From: Candidatus Saccharimonadota bacterium
Lineage (GTDB): Bacteria > Patescibacteriota > Saccharimonadia > Saccharimonadales > UBA4665
Length of the DNA: 32,000 bases
Assembly (NCBI GenBank): GCA_016699935.1
Contig: CP064992.1
Location: 180,001-212,000, forward strand
Direction: 5' to 3'
Of the stretch, positions 19,833 to 28,631 are shown one piece after another. Position 1 is the first letter of the stretch. Every line of letters starts with the position of its first letter. The notes beneath the pieces were generated by a model, which worked only from the letters and a program-made list of their open reading frames with translations, was not told the origin of the DNA and made no database searches. Made by a program: the position numbers and the translations under genes.

Positions 19833-20318
19833 TTAAGTTTTCGAAAACCTGACCTTCTTATTTTTACCACGATGTGTGGGCTGAAGGCTATGACAATTTG
19901 GACAAAGTATACGCAAATTCTCTAGTCGATTATCAGTAAGCACTCCGTTTATATGATCAAGTTCGACTGGTATTCTACCATCAACCGACATCTGAGCCCA
20001 GCCACAAATTTCACTTAGGATATTTTAAGCCCAATTCAAACAGACGAATTTTTAGTTTATAACTTTGAGCGGTTGATTGTTCTACCAAAAGCTCTTCAGT
20101 TCAGGTAGTGTTTTTGTATGCTACTTTTCCCGACGTTCCACCTAGCATCAGTAAAAATGTCTGACATTAATCCTAATTTTGCGTATTCTAGACCGAGCCT
20201 GATATTAATTTCCACCCGCAGGGACTAGACCTAGCATAACTATGACTTGCCTACAGCTCAATGATGTTTCAACAGCATCTTTTAGTTCGTCATCTGACCA
20301 CGACCTTTGTTTTGGCAT
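19833..20318 (-). pseudogene. HNH endonuclease, disrupted by an in-frame TAA plus frame breaks.
   Basis: N-terminus MPKQRSWSDDELKDAVETSLSCRQVIVMLGLVPAGGN*YQARSRI... C-terminus ...CEICGWAQMSVDGRIPVELDHINGVLTDNRLENLRILCPNCHSLQPTHRGKNKKVRFSKT*. The middle part needs at least two re-framings. Confidence 0.75.
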
Positions 20319-20402
20319 ACGACATAGTATATACCTTATATTCCGACCGCCTGATTATGTACCACCGCTGAAACTTTTTGGCGTATGATACGTATAATAA
20401 AC

Positions 20403-20911
20403 ATGGAAGAAAACGAAATTATTACAGCAGTTCTAGGTGGTAATGTAGATGCTTTTGCCCCGTTAGTTGACCGTTATCACATCGGCATAATTATTTACTG
20501 CCAACAATTTGGCCTAGATCGTACATCAGCAGAAGACTTAGCACAAGATATTTTTCTAGCTGCATATCAAAGACTCAAAAGTATCGGGCAAATCGTGCTA
20601 GCTTTTCAACTTGGTTGTATCAGTTGGCGCAATCTCGCTGCCTTGATGAATTGCGGCGAAAGCGCACACACATAGACTTGGCTGATTTGCGAAATAGTTG
20701 CCCTTACAGAGCCGCTAAGCAGAAGCTGAAAAAGCGAAATTCGTTCGGCGGTGCAAAAGCTTAAGCCGCCAGTTTACAGACAAGTGATTGAAGCCTACTA
20801 CTGGCATGGTAAAAGCTACGACGACATAGCCCGCGAGTTTGAGCTCCCCTCAACACCGTGCGCACCAACCTGCGCCGAGCAAAACTGCAACTGAAAGGAG
20901 TTTTAGCATGA
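20403..20911 (+). CDS. ECF-type sigma-70 family sigma factor, with several frame breaks.
   Basis: Region-2-like DRTSAEDLAQDIFLAAYQRL. Region-4-like IEAYYWHGKSYDDIAREFELPLNTVRTNLRRAKLQLKGVLA*, recovered by re-framing (for example a C-run at about 20845). TATAAT lies at 20393-20398. The start could instead be 20385. Confidence 0.75.
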
Positions 20912-22129
20912 AACGAGATGACTTTATGCTCACCACCGCCGCCCCTGAAAAGCGCAGTACCTTCACTGTGCGCGTTATGGATGCAATCTCAGCTGCTCAC
21001 AAACCGAGCCGCAAAACCGTCTTTCTTGGCCTTACGAAATCCGCACTCATTGCCCTAATCATTTTCTTATCTTCGCCGTCCCAGTCGCTGCTTATGCCAT
21101 TTCGCATTGGCTAAACGTTACAAATGAAGGAAAAACCAGGGTGGCCGACAGGAATACAAAATAACAGATGCGGATAAATGCGACATTCCATGGTATGGGC
21201 TTAACTATTCGCGATTCGAGCTGAGAAAAGACGCACCAGTTATGGAAGATGAGGAGGTTAGAAAAATTGCCCAGGCAAGCTGCGAAATGCGACTAGCCGT
21301 TAAAATGGCGGAGTCTCGCTGGGCAACACCTATGGAAAAACGCGTGCCTAGTCCAAATGTAAAAGTTTACATGACTTTGCCGGGATCGACCGGAACCATT
21401 GAAAGCGTATCCGGGACCGCTGTTAAGCTACGCGTAAAGCAATATTCTGGCTATGAAGAAACGTATACCCATAAGACCTACCCCGACAAATCTATTGCAT
21501 ACTATGACATTACAGGCAAAAAGCTAAACTCTTTGAAGGGCGGCGATGTCGTCACGGAAGTAATGCTCGAACAGCAAGTACTCGACGGTAAGCCTTATGA
21601 TACAAGAGGCATTATATCTGGTGTCATTGCACTCTATCGTTTGAGTTTCCCCATTGAGTACTACTCAACAAAACAGGCATACCTCATGGAACTACCGGAA
21701 TGCTATAACAACCCCGGAGAATATTGCCCTAATGGCTCGATGATCGACGTATACCCAAGAACGGACGATGAAGGTAGATCGAGCCCTGCAACTGCTTTTA
21801 GGAATTACGACGAAAAAACTATGGTAATGCGTGAAGTAAGTGGCACAGTTACAGAATTTGCACCAAATAAACTTGTCATACGCTCACGAAGCAAGCACGA
21901 AATCTACACTGTTATTCTTGATACTGCAGCATTTGAAGCATTTAACACCGCTCAGCGAAAATACGGTGAAGATGAATTGCAGCTACTCGTCGGTGACGAG
22001 ATAAAGATGAACTACTATGACCTAAAGGCCAAATCTACAAAGAATATTACGTCTGAAAATTTAGCTTTTGTGAATATGTTACTTGTAGGCAATCCTAAGG
22101 TCGAACAGGTAATTAAATACAATCAGTAG
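20908..22129 (+). CDS. Putative anti-sigma factor: cytoplasmic N-terminus, one TM helix and an extracytoplasmic domain of about 330 aa. Two frame breaks.
   Basis: Its ATG overlaps the sigma stop (ATGA). MKRDDFMLTTAAPEKRSTFTVRVMDAISAA...SALIALIIFL, then (re-framed) IFAVPVAAYAISHWLNVTNEGK, then (re-framed at an A-run near 21133) it joins the frame of ORF 21242-22129. Confidence 0.55.
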
Positions 22130-22135
22130 GCAAGG

Positions 22136-23031
22136 TTACCAGCTGCCGCCGGAGCCGCCGCCGCCGAAAGAGCCGCCGCTGAAGCCGCCGAAACCACCGC
22201 CAGATCCACTACCAAAACCGCCAGAGCCGCCAAAGAAGCCGCCACCACTACCCCAGAATCCAGTATTATCGCCGCTGGCTACCCTTGATCGGTAGTTTTT
22301 CGACAGTAAATAATCTAGCAAAAGCCCCAGGAGTAATCCCAGGGTAAACACAACAGAGGCCAAAATGACGGCCGCGGTGAAAAACATGATAATACCGGGT
22401 AATGCGCCTATTATCCCGCCGGCCCACCAACTCTTACTTCGCGCTAGAAATGATGCCAGGTAGGCCACCACAAAGAAGCCAGCATAGATGAGGAATTCGA
22501 TAGCTCCACTGCTCACTTTGGGCTTTTGGGTTCGCTGAGTCTTTCGCCGCCGATGACGGATACGATGCTGTCAACACCCGCCTTGACACCACCTGTATAG
22601 TCACCCTGCTTGAACAGGGATTAACCTTTTGCTTTAAAATTAGGTTGGACTGCAAATCTGTCAAATACGGTTCCAGCCCTCGGCCAACCTGAATGTAGTC
22701 CTTGTGATCCTCCACTGCCACGAAAAATAGTACACCATTATTGGCTTCTTTGCTGCCAACACCCCAACTCTGCGCCACACGGAAACTGTAGCCAAAGTTA
22801 TCTTCGCCTTGCAGGCTTTTAATGGTGAGGACGGCAATTTCGTTGCCTGTTTTAGCTTTGTAGTCGATGAGTTTTTGGCTGAGCTGGGCTTCTACAGCGT
22901 CGTCGATCACGCCGGCCTGGTCGAGGATGGCAGTTTTGCTTGGGGCGGCGGGATATCGAGCGCAGACGCATGCTGAACATAACCCACCATGAGGCCAAAA
23001 GTACGCCGACGATTAGAGTATATTTACGCAT
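22136..23031 (-). CDS. TPM-domain (YgcG-like) membrane protein with a Gly-rich C-terminal tail. Frame breaks present.
   Basis: Signal/TM MRKYTLIVGVLLASWWV (ATG at 23031). TPM-like core ...IAVLTIKSLQGEDNFGYSFRVAQSWGVGSKEANNGVLFFVAVEDHKDYIQVGRGLEPYLTD. Then TM helices and GGSGGFGSGSGGGFGGFSGG (ORF 22136-22516). Confidence 0.75.
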
Positions 23032-23090
23032 ACTGTAGGCTTGGTGTCGTCATTTCAGACCCATGTCCGGAACTGAGGATGACGGCGTAA

Positions 23091-23680
23091 TTACTGAGCC
23101 GTTGAAGGCTGAGTTAGGTTAACCTTAGGAGCGGTTTCGGCACCAGTTTGAGCGGTGTAGAGATCTTTTGTCAAAGCCAAACATGCCCGCGAGAATGTTT
23201 TTGGGGAAACGCTGAATCATAGTGTTGTAGGTTGTGGCTACTGCACTGTAGTTATCGCGCTCTACTTTTATACGGTTTTCGGTGCCTTCCAGCTGAATCA
23301 TCAAGTTTTGGACAGTTTCAACACTGCGGAGTTCTGGATAATTCTCGACAACGACCAATAGACGGCTCAAGGCGCTTTCGTATTGCTGCGAGGCGGCCAG
23401 CCTGTCTTCGGTGGTTTTGGCACCGCCGTACTGAAGTTCGTGCCTTGGCAAGGTCGCCGAAGACTTTTTGCTCTTGGGCTTGGGCGCCCTTAACGCTTTC
23501 AACCAAGTTTGGCACCAGGTCGAAACGACGTTGATAGGCACTGTCGAGCTGGGCAGCAGCCTGATCTACCTTATTGCGCTGGGTGACGAGCCCGTTGTAC
23601 CCACCAACAAACCAGCCTAGAAAACTCAGCACCAGCACACCGACAATGCCGAGAGTTATCATGCCTTTTGATAATTTCAT
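23091..23680 (-). CDS. lemA: LemA family protein. Frame breaks present.
   Basis: ATG at 23680 preceded by AGGAGG. MKLSKGMITLGIVGVLVLSFLGWFVGGYNGLVTQRNKVDQAAAQLDSAYQRRFDLVPNLVESVKG... is typical of LemA. The fragments 23318-23716 and 23125-23541 join, and the re-framed C-terminus ends at the TAA at 23091. Confidence 0.85.
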
Positions 23681-24008
23681 TCGAATTCCTCCTCTTATGT
23701 ATGTATAACTATACACGATTTGCTAAGTTCTTAAGTCGGAATCTGACCTACACCCACTTTTTTCGTTGTCATCCCGACCCCGCATCAAGTGCGGGGCAGG
23801 CTTCGTGGAGGGATCTTTTCGGTTTCAATATCATGGAGATCTTTCGACTGCGCTCAAGATGACAGCCCAAATAGTGAGTGTAAGTGAGAGTCGGAATAGT
23901 CGGATAGACGGTCCACATTTCATGATCTACTCGCCTGCCACCCTTTTCGCCGGTACGACTACTCTACGCTATTCACATCCCGCTTATGCGTGCTATAGTG
24001 AAACCAAT

Positions 24009-25783
24009 ATGTGGGTACAACTCACTAACCCGTTTGAAAACACCGTGCTATCTGCATTGGTTGCTTCTGTGCCGATTGTGGCGCTTTGCGTCATACTACT
24101 CAGCCGTAAGATGGCGGGGTGGAAAGCAAGCCTTGTTACGCTTGGACTCGCGCTCCTTGTCGCTATGTTTGCCTTTACCATGCCACCTCACCTCGCCCTG
24201 CTGTCAACGGCGTATGGCGCTCTCCAAGGGCTTTTTCCAATTGGCTGGATAGTGCTGAATGCGGTGCTACTCTATAACATCAGTGTGCGAACTGGTAGTT
24301 TCGCGATAGTACGCGATACCATAGAATCGATTACTGTTGATCGGCGTTTGCAAGCACTGCTGATTGCCTTTTGTTTCGGTGCCTTTCTGGAAGGTTCGGC
24401 CGGGTTTGGCGCACCAGTGGCGATAACGGCAGGCATGCTAGTGGGGCTTGGCTTCAATGCTCTGTACGCTGCTGGCATATGTCTCATCGCAAACACAGCG
24501 CCGGTTGCATTCGGGGGTATCGGCATTGCCGTTATCACGGCTGGGACAGTGACGGGCATCGACCCGAACCTTATCAGCCGTATGGTGGGACACCAACTAC
24601 CGTTCATTGCGGCCATCATTCCACTGTGGCTCACGGTCATCATTGCGGGGTGGAAAGGCGCGCGGGAAATCTGGCCAGCGCTGGTAGTGGCAGGCGGATC
24701 GTACGCCCTGACCATGTTTGCGACGGCTTCGTTCGTAGGGCCAATGCTACCAGATATTCTCTCGGCCGTTGTGTCTATCAGCGCCATGGTTATTCTGCTC
24801 AAATTTTGGCAGCCCAAAACAGTCTGGCGGTTCCCGAAAGAGCGCACCGAAACAGCCATCGCCCATACCAAAACCCATCATCATTCGACTAGCACCATTG
24901 TTCGTGCCTGGACGCCGTTTGTCCTCCTCGTTATCTTTGTGGGAAACTGGGGCAGCACGGGCATCAAGGCGCTACTGGACCACACGAGCGTGAAAATTCC
25001 TTCGGCGCACTCGATCATGCCATACTGATTGGCGATAAGCCCAAAGAAATTGTGTACAGTTTTGGTTGGCTGTCAGCAGCTGGTACGGCAATACTGTTTG
25101 CAGCAATCTTATCAGCGCTACTGCTTCATATGCCGTGGCGTGCCTTTTGGGAAACAGTGCAAAAAACCCTGCGCGAGCTTTCTAAACCACTGCTTACCAT
25201 CGCAGCAGTCGTTGGGTTTGCGTATCTCGCGAATTTCTCTGGCATGTCCGCAGCACTCGGCCATGCGCTGACCGTAACTGGACACTGGTTCCCGCTCATC
25301 GCACCGCTGCTTGGTTGGCTGGGCGTGTTCATCACTGGTAGCGATACGTCGTCCAATGCCCTTTTTGGCGGCATTCAGCAGCAGACGGCACACACGCTCG
25401 GGATCGATCCAACACTCACAGTCGCGGCAAATACCAGTGGCGGCGTGACGGCCAAGATGATTTCACCGCAGAGCATCGCCGTGGCGACGGGTGCGACGGG
25501 GCTGACTGGGCAGGAAGGCACGCTCTTTCGGTTTACCATTTTGCACAGTTTGGCGCTAGTGAGCATCATTGGTGTCATTACCTACCTGCAGGCCTACCAC
25601 CTACCCTGGATGATTCCTAAAGCTGCCGAAGTTGCCGCCGCCGCCAGCCAGACACGCATCGGCGGTGGCGAGCTGGTACTCATAGCTCTTTCGGTCGTGG
25701 CTATCATCGTCACGGCAGTCGTCGCCCTCCCAAAGCGCCTACCCAAACCAAAGGGGTCTTCTGATCAAAGCGTCACAGAATAA
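24009..25783 (+). CDS. lctP: L-lactate (LctP/glycolate) permease. Frame break near 25010.
   Basis: Two collinear fragments (to 25028 and 25052-25783) with LctP-like multi-TM sequence. Restoring one T in ccttc gives KIPFGALDHAILIGDKPKEIVYSFGW. I place the start at MWVQLTNPFENTVLSAL (24009), with TGcTATAGT at 23991-23999. Confidence 0.9.
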
Positions 25784-25836
25784 TTATCAACTACCAACGA
25801 TCAAGTTACCAACAAACAATCAACTATCAACAACTG

Positions 25837-26125
25837 GCCGGAGGCCGCATATTTACACATCCCGCCAGCGGCGGGATACAGCTAAAGACGGCCATGCGGA
25901 AGCTCCTGGTTCGGCTGTTGTCGGCTTTGACAACTTCCGTCAGGCGGCAAAACTTGTTTGAGTGGAAGGCAGGTTGCCGGCGGCAAGCTGTGTGGAGCGA
26001 GTTGTTTTGTCGGTTGTCAAAACGAACAACAAGCTGACCAAGAGGTGTAGCTCTGGCCTGGTTTCTTTGCCTTCTTTCTTTGGCAGCAAAGAAAGAAGGT
26101 CGCCGGTGGGGGCGAGACCCCAAAT
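25837..26125. ncRNA. Candidate structured non-coding RNA or palindrome cluster. Class and strand unknown.
   Basis: No credible ORF. There is a chain of strong local hairpins: an 8-bp stem at 25859-25877, a nested stem CGGAAG...GTTGTC-GGCTTT-GACAAC-TTCCG, a 9-bp stem around TTGCCGGCGGCAA, a stem of about 9 bp at GTTGTTTTGTCGGTTGTCAAAACGAAC, and a perfect 13-bp stem at 26070-26099. Confidence 0.35.
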
Positions 26126-26166
26126 TCACTATTTACATGTCAGCGCAAAAGTGCGAAAACACGCTT

Positions 26167-26556
26167 CTACAAAATCCGGATGAGTGCCTTTGAAGTCGTA
26201 ATCACTTTATCTATCAGCGCATCCCGGCATGGGTCACCGGTTTCAGCTTCTAGTGCAAAAATGGGTTTGCCTAGTGCACTGGCATAAGCCATTTCCATCG
26301 TCACACTGGTACCAACATAGCCTTTCGGGTTGAAAATATAGCAAACTTCGGCTTTACGAATCCAATCAAAATGTTCGAGTGTCAGACCTTTGAATAACTT
26401 GGACGTAACATATTCGGAGTGAAACTTCTCGTTTTCAAAGATTGGCTCCTGTATGCTCGGCTCAAACACAAGCACCCCAAGTTTTTCTAGCTCCGCACAA
26501 AAAAGCGCAATCTCTTGTGCGTACTTTTTACTACCACAAACAACAACTGATTTCAT
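26167..26556 (-). CDS. Nucleoside 2-deoxyribosyltransferase-like small protein.
   Basis: MKSVVVCGSKKY...TSVTMEMAYASALGKPIFAL resembles the NDT-like fold signature (N-terminal G-rich strand and E...A.alGKP). The start is uncertain: ATG at 26556 or GTG at 26595. Confidence 0.5.
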   Translation of the reverse strand: MKSVVVCGSKKYAQEIALFCAELEKLGVLVFEPSIQEPIFENEKFHSEYVTSKLFKGLTLEHFDWIRKAEVCYIFNPKGYVGTSVTMEMAYASALGKPIFALEAETGDPCRDALIDKVITTSKALIRIL

Positions 26557-26657
26557 AAGTAAAAAAGCAATCACTTTCCTGGCCACTTTGCGCACGAGTG
26601 CGCAGCGCGAGCTTTAGGGGGTGGAGGTAGTTTCTCCAATTCATTTCAAAGACTACC

Positions 26658-26675
26658 GGAGGGGCAAGCCCTTCC
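26658..26675 (-). terminator. Hairpin just downstream of tRNA-Cys (weak terminator candidate).
   Basis: Minus strand GGAAGGGC-TT-GCCCCTCC, followed by GGTAGTCTTTG. The U-tract is poor. Confidence 0.35.
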
Positions 26676-26682
26676 TAAAATA

Positions 26683-26756
26683 TGGAGGCACCGAGCGGGT
26701 TCGAACCGCTGTACGAGGTTTTGCAGACCTCTGCCTAACCACTCGGCCACGGCGCC
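26683..26756 (-). tRNA. tRNA-Cys (anticodon GCA).
   Basis: Minus strand GGCGCCG-TG-GCC...GGC-A-GAGGT-CTGCAAA-ACCTC-GTAC-AGCGG-TTCGAAC-CCGCT-CGGTGCC-T-CCA. It folds as a canonical cloverleaf. Confidence 0.95.
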
Positions 26757-26847
26757 ACGTGCAATGATTATACCTCAGATACCACCTCATAAAAAGGGCT
26801 CGTAGTTTTACGTGAGCGGTGACTATGGTGTTTATATGCAAACAAGC

Positions 26848-26915
26848 ATGGGGAACATGATAATGGATGTTTCACCTGGGATCGTGAAATAACAGGGAGC
26901 GGTTTCGCTTGGGAT
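26848..26915 (+). repeat. Dispersed twin-hairpin repeat, copy 2 (full length).
   Basis: CATGGGGAACATGATAATGGATGTTTCACCTGGGATCGTGAAATAACAGGGAGCGGTTTCGCTTGGGAT. Confidence 0.8.
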
Positions 26916-26958
26916 GGTGGGTTAACGTATGCTTGGCACTGCCCTTACGACCGCGCAA

Positions 26959-27612
26959 TTACACAAGCGATACTACTATAGTCAGTGGGATAAAGAACGG
27001 CACTGCGCCAGCGGCGAGAATAATAGTATTTTGACTCGACGAATCATTTATGTGCAGTCTATCCAGCATGGGTTTGCAGCGCTCCTCGAGCCTGATAATA
27101 TACTCTGTTTCGGTCACGATGAAGTTCATAATATATTGCAACTGCAACGCAATGATCAATATATACATGGTGGCGCCAGTATACGCCGCAGACACATAAC
27201 CTATGCCTGCCACGAGCAGTATGAGGGAAGTATAAAAAGCGACTACCATCTGTATGAAAATCTTCGTCCCTACATCGTGACGTTGTCGTACATGTGGCAG
27301 GAAAAATAAAATCGACCACAGCAGCCCAAAGCTTGCTGCACTTTCTAGTTTAGGCGTCTCATCTAGTGTATAACCTATCGTAAAAACGGCAGTAGATAGT
27401 GTAAAAAGTGTTAGGAATATTCCTAGCAACGTATACGTGGCAATCTTTAACACTGACCTTGTCCGAAAAACGACGCGCACGAGACGAGCAAGATGAAAGA
27501 GTGCTATAAAAACTGTCGCAAAGAGCATGCCGAAATACTGTGCTTCGGCAACATGATGAAACATAAACGCCAGCAGAATATTTACGAAAGCAATTAGTAA
27601 AACAATATACAT
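26959..27612 (-). CDS. Polytopic membrane protein of unknown function.
   Basis: Intact 217-aa ORF with about 6 hydrophobic segments. No family recognised. Confidence 0.65.
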   Translation of the reverse strand: MYIVLLIAFVNILLAFMFHHVAEAQYFGMLFATVFIALFHLARLVRVVFRTRSVLKIATYTLLGIFLTLFTLSTAVFTIGYTLDETPKLESAASFGLLWSILFFLPHVRQRHDVGTKIFIQMVVAFYTSLILLVAGIGYVSAAYTGATMYILIIALQLQYIMNFIVTETEYIIRLEERCKPMLDRLHINDSSSQNTIILAAGAVPFFIPLTIVVSLV

Positions 27613-27690
27613 GCTAAGAGAAATTGTAACAGATACCGCCTAGCCCCAGCCGTGTTCCAGCTGCGGGAGATAATACGGGTTATGTCCTCG

Positions 27691-27735
27691 CACATATTGG
27701 GGAATGTGAAATTGGGTTTTTCACCTGGGATGAAT
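27691..27735 (+). repeat. Dispersed twin-hairpin repeat, copy 3 (first half only).
   Basis: ATATTGGGGAATGTGAAATTGGGTTTTTCACCTGGGATG. Confidence 0.7.
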
Positions 27736-27832
27736 TAGTAGTCATATGAACACTCCATAGACTGTATCCCGTGGTGTGATCACTTATGCTGAAAATCGCT
27801 GAATGCTGTCGTGGAGGCGGGGTGATTATTTA

Positions 27833-28595
27833 CTAGCGAAAGATCAGATCTGCCGGTACGCGCCTCTGGCTTTTAGGGCATGAGCCATGCGTATAAGTTC
27901 GCTTAGGATAAACAGGAGCGCCAGAAGCGTTATAGCCCAGGAGCACATTACTAATAACCACCGGTATTGAATCCTCAGGTTTTCTAGCGACCATTATATA
28001 CGGCGGGTACGGCGGGGCATCTCCTGCTTGCACCCTTTTTATTTTCTGAGTTGGGGGGTCATCATAGTACTTGCGCCTCATCGTGAGCCAGTCTGATTCT
28101 TCGCTATCTCGCTCCTTCTCCCAACTATCTTCGCGCATATAGGCAAAATCAGTAACTTCAAATCCGCCACGATACCTCAAACAATCTTCAACATCATAAG
28201 GATCCCAGGGGGTATTCTCTTCCGCTATAACCACAGCACCCTCTCGTCCTAAGACCCTATACACCTCCATTAGACCGAACATAGCAAATTTATCAAAATT
28301 TATTCTCCACCTTCGATCCCTGAATTGCCCAAACATACTACGCATGAGGACTAGCTCAAATTTTCCGTCTTCAAAACAAGATAAATCTGAACAATCAGCG
28401 ACACGTATATTTGGTCCTAGTTTGTCGCTTTCTTTAGCGTGTAGTGTTTCAGCAATATCGATTCCAATATAATCAACTGCAACTTGTCCATTCTGGAATA
28501 ACGCGCCTCCACAATTTATAGCGTGTTTATAGGCATAACCTCCGCAGCCAATTTCAAGAACCCTGAGTGGGTTTGTGAATTATTCTCAATAGACA
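27833..28595 (-). CDS. Class I SAM-dependent methyltransferase with a C-terminal extension. Frame break near 28562.
   Basis: The frame is open from about 28560. LEIGCGGYAYKHAINCGG...YIGIDIAE...FEDGKFELVLMRSMFG carries motif I and the post-I region. The ATG at 28595 (MSIENNSQTHSG) joins if one G is restored in a G-run. Confidence 0.8.
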
Positions 28596-28631
28596 TATAA
28601 TATTTTTATCACTTTTTTGATAGTTTTGCAA

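Noticed and set aside
23766-24008. The N-terminal 81 aa of ORF 23766-25028 (MSSRPRIKCGAGFVEGSF...) as part of the lactate permease.
   Set aside because: This part is a translation of the inverted-repeat-bounded element and the tandem repeats. The conserved permease sequence begins at MWVQLTNPFEN (24009), which has an extended -10 box just upstream.
24272-25578. Long antisense or alternate-frame ORFs inside lctP (24272-24871, 24371-24892, 25118-25393, 25126-25374, 25375-25578).
   Set aside because: They are shadow ORFs of a GC-skewed membrane-protein gene. They have no family resemblance or start signals, and the sense frame has clear LctP-like sequence.
25837-26125. Assigning the structured region to RNase P RNA, tmRNA, SRP RNA or 6S RNA.
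   Set aside because: I could not find the P4 core (GGAAAGUCC with ACAGAA..GGCUUA) of RNase P. I could not find a tRNA-like acceptor/T-arm with an ...CCACCA end, as tmRNA would have. The SRP helix-8 arrangement with its GNRA tetraloop is also absent; only the loose GUCAGG and GGAAGGCAGG motifs are present. The class is left open pending a covariance-model search.
25827-26183. ORFs 25827-26129 (-) and 25962-26183 (+) as protein-coding genes.
   Set aside because: They overlap each other on opposite strands. They are Arg/Pro/Cys/Ser-rich with no start context. They lie entirely within a chain of perfect hairpins. The region is better explained as structured non-coding DNA or RNA.
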